Of a stretch of 64,000 bases of DNA, positions 28,611 through 37,723 are shown piece by piece. The notes under the pieces are model-generated. The model saw nothing but the letters and a program-made list of their open reading frames with translations. It did not search any database and was not told the origin of the DNA. Numbering within the stretch: position 1 is the first letter of the stretch; each line of letters starts with the position of its first letter. This DNA is from a virus, in IMG/VR virus record IMGVR_UViG_3300007960_000015, positions 15,507 to 79,506 of that record; one strand, 5' to 3'. Both the position numbers and the translations under genes were made by a program.

Positions 28611-29649
28611 TACATCATTTGGAAAACTTAATAAGGTTGTTGTTGGAAGAGAACTACAATTAGAAAGAAGATTATCTGATATAACATTCAGACAATTTTA
28701 TCGTGAAGCCATAGGTGAAAAGATATACGAAAGTCCTATTGACGAATATCATGTTACTATGGACCTTATTGATTTAAGAAATAAGGAATTAGATGATTTA
28801 GAAAAAACACTTTCAAAATATTGTAAGGTATACAGACCCGAACCTTTAACTAAGATTATTCCATTTTCTACACCGTCATTTAAATCAGAATTATCTTCAG
28901 CTTCTAATGTTAGAGATTTAACGTTAGTGTATAATGATAAGTTAATAGAAACACCTACCTTTGTTAGAAATAGGTATTATGAAAATACTTTATTATATGA
29001 TGTATATGATGAAGTAACGGGTGGGCATAATTGGATTAAAGCCCCTCATACTAAACTAACTGAAGATACTATTGATTTAGAACATTGGGGGGATAAGAGA
29101 GATTATAATAACCCTCCTAAAAATTATGTTATGGCTATTGATGGTGCACAATTCCTTAGAATAGGAAGAGATTGTATTGTTAATGTAAATAGTTATAATC
29201 ACTATAAAGGTTATCAATGGGTTAAATCATTCTTTCCTGAAACTGATTTTCATATGATACATGTTGCAGATAATCATATAGATGGTGCAATAGTAAGCTT
29301 ATGTCCTGGTAAATTTTTAGTTGACCCGAAGTATAAAGGAATAGAGAAGTTAATGCCTGACCAATTTAAAAATTGGGAATATCTTTATCCTGAAAATTTA
29401 ACTGAAGAATATAATGGACCTGATATTGAAATGCGGTTAGCTTCATCTCGTGGAATGGATATTAATGTATTAAGTATCGACGAAAATACTGTTGTTGTAA
29501 ATAAGAGAGCTGTTGGTGTTAAGGATATATTAGATAAACATGGATTCAATGTTATTGAAGTTACATTAGAGAATGGTGAAATCTTTGCTGGGGGTATTCA
29601 TTGTTCTACCCTGGACTTAGATAGAGATGATGAATACATATATTATTAA
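28597..29649 (+). CDS. Amidinotransferase (glycine/inosamine-phosphate amidinotransferase family)
   Basis: LNKVVVG, VRD, DGAQFLRIGRD, HIDG..V.L.PG, NVLSIDE, GGIHCSTLD. Confidence 0.85.
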   Translation: MVNSNTSFGKLNKVVVGRELQLERRLSDITFRQFYREAIGEKIYESPIDEYHVTMDLIDLRNKELDDLEKTLSKYCKVYRPEPLTKIIPFSTPSFKSELSSASNVRDLTLVYNDKLIETPTFVRNRYYENTLLYDVYDEVTGGHNWIKAPHTKLTEDTIDLEHWGDKRDYNNPPKNYVMAIDGAQFLRIGRDCIVNVNSYNHYKGYQWVKSFFPETDFHMIHVADNHIDGAIVSLCPGKFLVDPKYKGIEKLMPDQFKNWEYLYPENLTEEYNGPDIEMRLASSRGMDINVLSIDENTVVVNKRAVGVKDILDKHGFNVIEVTLENGEIFAGGIHCSTLDLDRDDEYIYY

Positions 29650-30271
29650 TGAAAAGGTTAGATTAATTAGACAAGCACAATCTGATTATAAAAAAGACTT
29701 TGGATTAGATTACACACCATTTACTCGGAAGAATTTCTTTTATTTTTTCGTAAGAGATAATAAGAAATACGTTCATAAAGAATCATTGCGATTTGTATAC
29801 ACTAATGCAGATACATTCCATAATGATTCAGATCCAACGTTTTGTTATTTACAAAAACAAGTGGATATTCCTGATGTTGTATCTTTCTTAGGATCTGCTA
29901 AATCCAATCTCCTTCCAACTCTATTAGAAGAAACCAATAGCTTTCTGGTATTTGATTATATTCCGGGTGAGCCTGTAAAATCGTTAAATGAAAAAGATTA
30001 TAAATACATTAGAAATGAGGTGGATAAACTTGAGTTGACACCATTCTACAATTCGATGACTTATAATCTTTTAAAGAATAATAATAAAGTATATCTCATT
30101 GATTTGAAGCATTTTGAAAAGAAAGTTGATATTCCTTTCTTTATTTACTTTTATAACTATGATTTTGGTATAAATACATTATACACGGACGAACGAAGTA
30201 ACGTCAGTTTAATTAAGGAAATTATCGATGTTGATTATCCATTCGATAAAGCCAATATAATTTATTATTAG
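29627..30271 (+). CDS. Kinase-like fold hypothetical protein
   Basis: LPTLL...LVFDYIPGEPV and NLL...VYLIDL resemble APH/Kdo kinase subdomains. Confidence 0.4.
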   Translation: MMNTYIINEKVRLIRQAQSDYKKDFGLDYTPFTRKNFFYFFVRDNKKYVHKESLRFVYTNADTFHNDSDPTFCYLQKQVDIPDVVSFLGSAKSNLLPTLLEETNSFLVFDYIPGEPVKSLNEKDYKYIRNEVDKLELTPFYNSMTYNLLKNNNKVYLIDLKHFEKKVDIPFFIYFYNYDFGINTLYTDERSNVSLIKEIIDVDYPFDKANIIYY

Positions 30272-30281
30272 GAACGAGTTT

Positions 30282-31040
30282 ATGTCAATTATTACGCCAG
30301 AAGAAGAGAACGCCATAGATCCAGTATATGGAGATGTCAGAACATCTTTAGATAGGTTTTGTGAATATGATGAGTCATTACAAGAAGGATGCAGAAGAAC
30401 ACAAACTATGTTGGCAATTGAGGAATTATATGACACCGCAGTAATTCCAGAAATGGATTGGGGTCATTGGGATCTTTTCTGTGTTTTAGATAATAAAGTA
30501 TATGTAGATAAGACATGGCTTGAATGGAATATTGAACTCGATGCGAGTGAGGATAATTCTAATGATCCAGTCAATGATGATTTAGAGTATGTTCAAGAGA
30601 AAGCTGGAGCGGATTGGCTGGTTATTGATATGGATAAGATACAAGCAATTGTCGACGATAATAATCATTGCCTTCCTGCTTTAAAAGATTCTAATGATAG
30701 ATTTTATAGATTTAATGATGTAGGCGATTTCGTTGTTACAACTGACAATATCACTAGAGATATATTAACAATGATTGAGTCTGATCTCGCCAGTGAAGAC
30801 GTTAACCCTCTTCTTAATGATTTAAAAGGCTCTGTATACTTGTTAAATGATAGAGCTTATTGTCCAAACCTATTAGCTTATGGCCATAATCCTTTAGCTA
30901 AATTTGGTTTATTATTAACTGATAATAACGATGATGTTTTCTTTTATCCATTTAATGAACTTACTGCTGAACAAGAGGAGTTTGTTAATAAACTAGTTTC
31001 TTCAGAAGGCTTAACAGGAGTAGAAATAGTCAATTTATAA
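30282..31040 (+). CDS. Hypothetical protein, diverged paralog of the upstream kinase-like ORF
   Basis: VLDNKVYVDK vs VRDNKKYVHK; CLPALKDSND vs LLPTLLEETN. Confidence 0.45.
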   Translation: MSIITPEEENAIDPVYGDVRTSLDRFCEYDESLQEGCRRTQTMLAIEELYDTAVIPEMDWGHWDLFCVLDNKVYVDKTWLEWNIELDASEDNSNDPVNDDLEYVQEKAGADWLVIDMDKIQAIVDDNNHCLPALKDSNDRFYRFNDVGDFVVTTDNITRDILTMIESDLASEDVNPLLNDLKGSVYLLNDRAYCPNLLAYGHNPLAKFGLLLTDNNDDVFFYPFNELTAEQEEFVNKLVSSEGLTGVEIVNL

Positions 31041-31041
31041 T

Positions 31042-31947
31042 ATGAATTATTTGTTATTGGGTGGTGCTGGTTTTATAGGTACCCACCTGGCGAGGCGTCT
31101 CTTAGAGGCAGGCCATAAAGTCACTATTATTGATAACCTTAGCACTTCAGAGATGCCTGAGGATTTTTCTTATTTTCACCAACAGGATATTAGAGATGGA
31201 GGACCAATACTGGATTTCTTCATTGAAAAATCCGATGTTGTTTATTTTTTAGCTGCTTCGGTTGGAGTACAACATATTGATAAAGATCCTAAGGGAACTT
31301 TGGAAAATAATATCGAATTAATTCAGGCTGTAATTCCTCTTTTAGAAAAATATAATAAGAAATGTATATTTGCCTCTAGTTCTGAGGTATATGGAGATGG
31401 TCCGTTTTTAGAAGATGGAAACTTATCTATAGGAAACCCTCAAGTATTAAGATGGGGTTATGCAGCTGCTAAATTAACTACAGAGTTTATGATAGCAGCC
31501 TCTTCCTTTCCTTTTATTATTGCTAGATTCTTTAATATAGTAGGACCGGGCCAACTTCCTGACTATGGGATGGTGCTTCCTAATTTTATTAAGGCTATTA
31601 AAAATAAAGAAGATTTAATTGTTCATGGTGATGGAAAGCAAGTTAGATCATTCTGTCATGTTAAAGATGCGGTTGACTTTTTGTTACAATTAGAGTATAA
31701 TAATAGTAAGGAGTTTCCAATTTATAATATTGGAAATGATCAACCAATAACTATTAAGCAATTAGCTGAGAAGGTTATTGAATTATCAGATTCATCTTGT
31801 AAGTTATCAATGACTCCTTATAAAGAAGTGTTTAGTGAGAATACTAAAGACATTAATTATAGAGTACCTGATTTAACAAAACTCAGAAGAAATATAATGT
31901 ATGCCCCGAAGTATTCATTAGATGATATAATAAAGGATATGTTATGA
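31042..31947 (+). CDS. NAD-dependent nucleotide-sugar epimerase/dehydratase
   Basis: GGAGFIG, ASSSEVYG, YAAAK, RFFNIVGP, GDGKQVRSF. Confidence 0.9.
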   Translation: MNYLLLGGAGFIGTHLARRLLEAGHKVTIIDNLSTSEMPEDFSYFHQQDIRDGGPILDFFIEKSDVVYFLAASVGVQHIDKDPKGTLENNIELIQAVIPLLEKYNKKCIFASSSEVYGDGPFLEDGNLSIGNPQVLRWGYAAAKLTTEFMIAASSFPFIIARFFNIVGPGQLPDYGMVLPNFIKAIKNKEDLIVHGDGKQVRSFCHVKDAVDFLLQLEYNNSKEFPIYNIGNDQPITIKQLAEKVIELSDSSCKLSMTPYKEVFSENTKDINYRVPDLTKLRRNIMYAPKYSLDDIIKDML

Positions 31948-32600
31948 AAATATTATTTGTATTTGCCCATCCAGATGATGAGGCTTATGGTCCGGCAGGA
32001 ACTATTAATAAACTCGCGCAGAGTCATGAAGTAGAAATATTTGTATTGTGTAGAGGTGATCGATTTGGTAACGAAGATGTATCTCGTGCAAGAATTGAAC
32101 AATTTAAACAATCATGTGAACATCTGGGGGTGAAGGGAACAATTCTTAATCACTCCGATTGTAATCTTACCTATAATCAGGTTTGCAGTGATATAACAAA
32201 GAAAGTTATGCAATTTGAACCAGATGTAGTATATACACATTCTAATACAGATATACATTTAGATCATAGATTAGTATCTGAGGCTACTATGGTAGCTTGT
32301 CGTCCAACGGCAAATTCTACAGTTAATGCTGTGTATATGTGTGAGATTCCATCTTCTACTGATTGGTCATTTGGTAAGATAAATGGTTCATTTACACCAA
32401 ATGTATATAAAGATGTAACTGATTTTATTCATAAGAAACAACAAGTAATGTCATTATATAAGACTGAATTACATGATTATCCAGATGCTAGATCAACGGA
32501 GTCTATGGAAGTATTAGCTATGCATCGTGGAAAACAGATTGGTGTGCATCGTGCAGAAGCTTTTCAATTGGTGTTCTCTCACGACCGTGGAATTCAGTAA
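31944..32600 (+). CDS. PIG-L/LmbE family deacetylase
   Basis: AHPDDE and HLDH motifs; C-terminal AEAF. Confidence 0.9.
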   Translation: MKILFVFAHPDDEAYGPAGTINKLAQSHEVEIFVLCRGDRFGNEDVSRARIEQFKQSCEHLGVKGTILNHSDCNLTYNQVCSDITKKVMQFEPDVVYTHSNTDIHLDHRLVSEATMVACRPTANSTVNAVYMCEIPSSTDWSFGKINGSFTPNVYKDVTDFIHKKQQVMSLYKTELHDYPDARSTESMEVLAMHRGKQIGVHRAEAFQLVFSHDRGIQ

Positions 32601-33096
32601 AGCCATAACCTTTCAATAATCCTTTATATAAACCATCCATATCATCATTATATGGAAAACAAAATGATGTTGGAACAAAGTTTAAATTTTTATTAAACCA
32701 TTCTAACATCATTTCTGTATCTCGTTTTATATAATCTACCTTCTCCTTCAACGTACTAAAACTTGTTAAGCGTGTATGTGAATGTGAGTGACACCCTATA
32801 TTTGTTCTATATTGTTCCGATAATTCTTTAATTTGATCAATAGTCATATATTGTGAAAAATCACCTTTAAATGCTTGTTGATGTGCCTGATGGCAAGGAA
32901 AGAATAAATCTGATTGTTTATTATTATTACATACTATTCCTGAAGATATAAAGTATGTTTTATCAGTATCGATTTTCTCGAACCGATGCGAATAATAATA
33001 TTGAGAATATAAACCGTCATCGAATGTTAGATTATAATCTTCAAGATTTAACGAAAACATATCTTCGTTAATAACTTCATGAATCATCAGCGTCAT
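32518..33096 (-). CDS. Polysaccharide deacetylase (NodB-like)
   Basis: LTFDDG, IGCHSHSH, FCFPY. Confidence 0.8.
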   Translation of the reverse strand: MTLMIHEVINEDMFSLNLEDYNLTFDDGLYSQYYYSHRFEKIDTDKTYFISSGIVCNNNKQSDLFFPCHQAHQQAFKGDFSQYMTIDQIKELSEQYRTNIGCHSHSHTRLTSFSTLKEKVDYIKRDTEMMLEWFNKNLNFVPTSFCFPYNDDMDGLYKGLLKGYGFTEFHGRERTPIEKLLHDAHQSVFHDA

Positions 33097-33101
33097 AATT
33101 T

Positions 33102-33109
33102 TATAAATA
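33102..33109 (+). promoter_or_regulatory. T4 late promoter TATAAATA
   Basis: Exact consensus upstream of the lipoprotein gene. Confidence 0.7.
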
Positions 33110-33129
33110 AAATAGATTATTTTTTATTT

Positions 33130-33567
33130 ATGGGTAAAATTATGACTTATGTAATTGCGTTAGTGGGAGCCTGTTTTTTATCGGGTTGTGCCACATTAGG
33201 TGAAGGTTCATTAGATCTTAAAAATTTAGGAAAAACCGTAACAACTACGGCGGTTACTAATGTTGTGGCAGGACCAACTGCTGCCGCGGCTAATCTGCTT
33301 ACATCTATGGCTTATGATGAAGTGGCTGAAGAGATATCTCCAGAAAAACCTCAAATTTCTGAAATAGAAGAGGGTAATACAGAACAATTGGTAGCTTATA
33401 TTTGGAGTGAGGCGAAGGAATTAATACTGTATAGTATTATAGGATTTTTGATATTCACTAATATTATAGGGCCTTGGGCTGCTCAAAGAAGAGCTAGGCG
33501 CAGGATGAAATACGAACAATACAAGATCGAAGCTAAAGCTTCAAGGGTTAAGAAAGATGGGCCTTGA
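33130..33567 (+). CDS. Lipoprotein with C-terminal TM helix (u-spanin-like architecture)
   Basis: Hydrophobic signal ending LSG-C lipobox; TM LILYSIIGFLIFTNIIGPW followed by a basic tail. Start at ATG 33130 or 33142. Confidence 0.5.
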   Translation: MGKIMTYVIALVGACFLSGCATLGEGSLDLKNLGKTVTTTAVTNVVAGPTAAAANLLTSMAYDEVAEEISPEKPQISEIEEGNTEQLVAYIWSEAKELILYSIIGFLIFTNIIGPWAAQRRARRRMKYEQYKIEAKASRVKKDGP

Positions 33568-33640
33568 ATTATTTTTAGAAATATTATTCATTGCTGGTTT
33601 AATCGGCGTGGCTGTATGGTTTCATAGTTTAATACCATGA
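33557..33640 (+). CDS. 27-aa single-TM peptide (MGLELFLEILFIAGLIGVAVWFHSLIP)
   Basis: Fills the gap exactly; overlaps the upstream stop and the downstream ATGA. Confidence 0.45.
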   Translation: MGLELFLEILFIAGLIGVAVWFHSLIP

Positions 33641-34212
33641 TAGATTTATTATTACAATTTTGGCAATTTACTTTAGTAGGGCTTTTAATTATTATCGGTT
33701 TCATTATAAACCGTTTCGGCATAGATAGTGATGCTGATAGAGTAGGTTTTTCATACAAAGAAATGCCACATATGAAACCAATTGCTATTCCTACAGCAGG
33801 CAAAGGCTTTTGGGGTGCTATTTGGCTATGGCTAATGGGGACACGTCAATGGGAAATTGCCAAAGATTTTCACTACAGTATTAACGGTGAAGATTTTGTA
33901 ATCCCGAAAGGATTTCAATTTGATGGTGCTAGTATTCCTAAGTTTTTACACACTTGGTTATCACCAACTGGTGTATTACTAATGGGTGGATTAATTCACG
34001 ATTATGGATACAAATACGCAACACTACTTAAAAAAGATAAGAAAACCACTATCGGCATCAAAGATCAAAAGTGGATGGATCAAACATTCAGAGATATTAA
34101 TATTGAACAAAACGGATTTCATTTCTTAAATTATTTGGCTTATTGGGCATTGCGATTGGGCGGTTTCGTTGCATGGAATGGACACAGGAGGAACAATGAG
34201 AAATGTATTTAA
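33637..34212 (+). CDS. DUF1353-family protein with N-terminal TM
   Basis: IPKGFQFDGASIP and LIHDYGY motifs. Confidence 0.7.
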   Translation: MIDLLLQFWQFTLVGLLIIIGFIINRFGIDSDADRVGFSYKEMPHMKPIAIPTAGKGFWGAIWLWLMGTRQWEIAKDFHYSINGEDFVIPKGFQFDGASIPKFLHTWLSPTGVLLMGGLIHDYGYKYATLLKKDKKTTIGIKDQKWMDQTFRDINIEQNGFHFLNYLAYWALRLGGFVAWNGHRRNNEKCI

Positions 34213-34582
34213 GTTTTTAATAATCAGTTTATTAATTCAACCTGTCGCAGCCTTAGACGATTATAATTTAAGGTATTTTGGTCCGGATGCCAAGATAGAA
34301 ATAGGCAGAACTGCAGTTATTGTAAAGGTGATATTCCATCCTGATGAGGAAGCATTAAATGAGGAGTGGATGAGATATAACGAAGGGGATAGATTCGATA
34401 AACACTTTCCGGGTATTAGAGGTTTTACCCTAGTAAATAGTGAAGATCCTGTATGTTATATTCATATGGAAAAGGCTGAAATTTGGGATGATAGAGAGAA
34501 TATGACTATTTTAGGTCATGAGATGTATCATTGTCTGTTAGCAAGCCATCAGGAAGCTGATGAAAGCTCAACTGAAGATTAG
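34196..34582 (+). CDS. Secreted HExxH metallopeptidase-like protein
   Basis: AGGAGG RBS, signal-like N-terminus, LGHEMYHC. Confidence 0.5.
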   Translation: MRNVFKFLIISLLIQPVAALDDYNLRYFGPDAKIEIGRTAVIVKVIFHPDEEALNEEWMRYNEGDRFDKHFPGIRGFTLVNSEDPVCYIHMEKAEIWDDRENMTILGHEMYHCLLASHQEADESSTED

Positions 34583-35117
34583 ACCTTCTCTCTGTAATAT
34601 TTTCAACACTGTGGATAATCCGAGTATCTAAAATATACCAGCAGTTTAAAGGTCCTTTTATTGACTCCAATAATTTAAGATCAGCACTTCTATCTATAGC
34701 TAACCCCCTTTCTCTTTCAATAGGATATCCATTTTCTTGCCAAAATGAAAGGGTGGCGTCAGGTCCTCCTACTTCAAAATTATACAACATAACATAACGT
34801 CGTGTAGTATCCGTATGTGGGAGTTGTTCGTGATCGAAAAACATCACCCCAGAATTGTCTCTTATAAAATCCGGAGTAATATTATTACTCATCCATTCTT
34901 CGTCTTCTCGATTAAATCTATACCTAAGATTGTTATTAGACACCATAGGTTTAATCCAATCATAAGACTGATCCTTCCAATCTTCAACTTCATCGATAGA
35001 GACATAGTCATCCGCAGTAGGACTAAACAGATCTAAATCTGGACGATATCTCATATCGATTTTATTGATCATCCAATCGGGTGGATGAGGTAAATTGGGA
35101 AGGAGCTTAAAGTACAC
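34506..35117 (-). CDS. 2OG-Fe(II)/cupin oxygenase-like protein
   Basis: PHTD...IHSVEN...RSNLQLSF. Confidence 0.55.
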   Translation of the reverse strand: MYFKLLPNLPHPPDWMINKIDMRYRPDLDLFSPTADDYVSIDEVEDWKDQSYDWIKPMVSNNNLRYRFNREDEEWMSNNITPDFIRDNSGVMFFDHEQLPHTDTTRRYVMLYNFEVGGPDATLSFWQENGYPIERERGLAIDRSADLKLLESIKGPLNCWYILDTRIIHSVENITERRSNLQLSFHQLPDGLLTDNDTSHDLK

Positions 35118-35965
35118 TACTTCTTATCTAACCAATGAGCTGTCATCTTATCTACGAATGTTGCCATGTTGTCAATATCATCTTGTGTTACATTGAAAGT
35201 ACCATCAACTAATGACTTTTTCATATAAGCTTGAAATTCAGGATCAGTCGACCATGCTTTTAGTTTTGCTAACAAATCTTCGTTTTTAGTATTTGTATAT
35301 ACTAGGTAACCAATTTTAAAATCAGGTACTTTTAATCCTGGTAGTGCCTTTCCGATATAGTTGTCTTTTTTAGGATCTGTAGTATATAAACATTCTAGAT
35401 TACCTTTTGCCACTTGTTTTTTAGCTAAACCAGAACCAATCCAACCTAAAGAAATATCACCAGCACGTAAAGCATTTACAACAGTCTTTGAACCTGAGTA
35501 AGGAACAATAGTTAGATCGCCTGCACCTGCATCACGCATCTTACTTTCATGTGCCTTTGTTGCATACATAGATGCCATGCCCAAAGCATTTGTTTGTCCT
35601 ACAACTAAATCGTTATCTGTACCAGGTCTACGACAAATCCAAATAGGAGTACCGCCGGCAAATAAAGTATTTTCAGGTGTGGCTAAACTAGGACAATTTA
35701 AACCTTTATTACGAGCACCAAATTCCATTGAGGAGTTGTAAATAAATACAGCATCTTTCTTCTCTTCATAAGCCCTTCCTGCATCTTCACAATTTGAACC
35801 TTGATAATATTTACCACCAACAGACTTCTTTACACCCATAGCAAATACAGTAGTAGGACTTGCTTTAGAGCTAGGCGATACAATTGTTAATTGATCCTCT
35901 CCAAAAAAGGCCATACTTGTTGTAGCGATTGCTGTAAGTATGATTGTAGATAACGTTTTCTTCAT
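35117..35965 (-). CDS. tctC: Tripartite tricarboxylate transporter substrate-binding protein (TctC/Bug-like)
   Basis: Signal peptide; IVPYSGSKTVVNALRAGDI motif; adjacent to tctA. Confidence 0.65.
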   Translation of the reverse strand: MKKTLSTIILTAIATTSMAFFGEDQLTIVSPSSKASPTTVFAMGVKKSVGGKYYQGSNCEDAGRAYEEKKDAVFIYNSSMEFGARNKGLNCPSLATPENTLFAGGTPIWICRRPGTDNDLVVGQTNALGMASMYATKAHESKMRDAGAGDLTIVPYSGSKTVVNALRAGDISLGWIGSGLAKKQVAKGNLECLYTTDPKKDNYIGKALPGLKVPDFKIGYLVYTNTKNEDLLAKLKAWSTDPEFQAYMKKSLVDGTFNVTQDDIDNMATFVDKMTAHWLDKK

Positions 35966-35980
35966 TATATTATTTCTCCT

Positions 35981-37282
35981 TTAATAAAAATAAATGTTAT
36001 AGGTCTGTATATATAACCAAACCAGCTTATCCCCTAAAATTGTGGCGAATAAAAACGGAAGGGGTGATACGTTTTTATATTTTAGAATAAACCCGAGTAA
36101 TGTAAATAATCCTAAAAGGATAAAGTACATTAGGATGGTCAATTCAGATGCCCATAAGTCAACAATAATTAACGAACCCAATAAAACTGCTAGTATGATT
36201 TTCATCTTATGATGAATGGCAACGATGAATTTCGCATACCAGTCAATTAAATGAGTTGATAATATATAGTAAAGTCCTAAACACAATAATAAGATTAACA
36301 TAGAAGCGTCTACTACTCTTAATCCTTCAATAACACTCGGCTCATATATTTCATCAAATATAGTCATACCTTTCATGTCTACAATATTACTCATTAATAA
36401 CGCATTAAAGTTAATAGGTAATGCTAATAACATTAAAGGAATTGAACAAGTAATTACTGAGGAATTATTTGCTGTTTCAGCCGCAATAATCTTTTTCTTT
36501 ACATCTTTCCCTGCTGTCTTGTATGCGGCAATAGCAGCTAAAGAGGAACTTGGACCTGGTATAAGTCCTGCGATAGATCCAATCACCGCTGATTTTATAG
36601 CCAGATAGAATGAATAGGTTTTATCTTTAATAGCTTCGTAGTGATCATCCAATACAGCCCTCCTATCAGTACTCATAAAGACGTCTGGAAGAACCACAGC
36701 CCCTAATGCTAACATATAGAACGTATATCCTTGAGTATAATATTGTAAATTAAACCAAGTATCAGGAATAGCATAATTTTGTTTAGGACCTAGCATTATA
36801 CCGAGTAATACTAAACCTATTGTCCACCACCATCTCTTATCTAAAAATACAAAGGATAACATAGCTAAAGTATACAATGAGGCCTGGAATGGAATACCCA
36901 TTAACCAAGGCATATTAGCAATATTAATATATTCTATACAGAACCATACAAATAATGTAGATAGAGTTCCAGCAATCCAAGAACCATAAGCGGTGGAATG
37001 AAGGAGTGAATTTTTAACTTCATGTGTTAAATTATCTAAGTCACGAATATAAACTAGACTTGATTCTTCTCCAGGTATTTTTGTTGTGATAACGGCGATT
37101 GAGCCGAAGAATTGTGATCCAGATACAACAGCTAACCAAAAGGTAATTAGATGTTCTAAAGGGAAATCATTATAAAAGTAAAATAATAGGAAAGGGCCTG
37201 TGAATACCGGTAATGCAGGTAATAATCCTGTTAATACACCAACGCCTACACCAGCTAAGGCCAATAATAATAATTCGATCAT
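35981..37282 (-). CDS. tctA: Tripartite tricarboxylate transporter permease TctA
   Basis: Multi-TM; GVLTGLLPAL, SQFFGSI...KIPGEESS, GLIPGP, AAETANNS. Confidence 0.85.
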   Translation of the reverse strand: MIELLLLALAGVGVGVLTGLLPALPVFTGPFLLFYFYNDFPLEHLITFWLAVVSGSQFFGSIAVITTKIPGEESSLVYIRDLDNLTHEVKNSLLHSTAYGSWIAGTLSTLFVWFCIEYINIANMPWLMGIPFQASLYTLAMLSFVFLDKRWWWTIGLVLLGIMLGPKQNYAIPDTWFNLQYYTQGYTFYMLALGAVVLPDVFMSTDRRAVLDDHYEAIKDKTYSFYLAIKSAVIGSIAGLIPGPSSSLAAIAAYKTAGKDVKKKIIAAETANNSSVITCSIPLMLLALPINFNALLMSNIVDMKGMTIFDEIYEPSVIEGLRVVDASMLILLLCLGLYYILSTHLIDWYAKFIVAIHHKMKIILAVLLGSLIIVDLWASELTILMYFILLGLFTLLGFILKYKNVSPLPFLFATILGDKLVWLYIQTYNIYFY

Positions 37283-37328
37283 AATATAGATTTATAAAAT
37301 CACTATATTATATATAAGGGTAAGAACG

Positions 37329-37336
37329 TATAAATA
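37329..37336 (+). promoter_or_regulatory. T4 late promoter TATAAATA
   Basis: Exact consensus, intergenic. Confidence 0.65.
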
Positions 37337-37357
37337 TAGTTAATGTGGAGAATAAAA

Positions 37358-37692
37358 TGGAAATTTTAACTTTAGATACGTTTAGTTTACAGGTAGCTGA
37401 TTTAATAACACCCTTTTTGGCGTTATTGATCGTTATCATTACGGGTATATTTGTGAAGGATTTGGCCATTGATTTAGCTAATGGAGTCGCATTTAAACTC
37501 TTTAGTCCTTTCAAAGAGGGTGACGAAGTAATCCTAGATGATAAGAGAGCTACTATAATAAGGATAGGACTAACTGTAACAGTTTTTGGATATAATGATG
37601 ACGCGAAAGGTTACATTTGGAGATACGTCCCTAATGATAAAATTGGCAATTTAAGGCTCGGTAAAATCATTTCTAAGGCAAATAAAATATAA
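37358..37692 (+). CDS. MscS-like small membrane protein
   Basis: TM helix followed by PFKEGDEVILD...IIRIGL..T...YVPND beta domain. Confidence 0.6.
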
Positions 37693-37695
37693 ATA
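37688..37695 (+). promoter_or_regulatory. T4 late promoter TATAAATA
   Basis: Exact consensus at a gene boundary. Confidence 0.6.
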
Positions 37696-37723
37696 TTAAT
37701 AGTATTTGTTAGAAGGAAAACAG

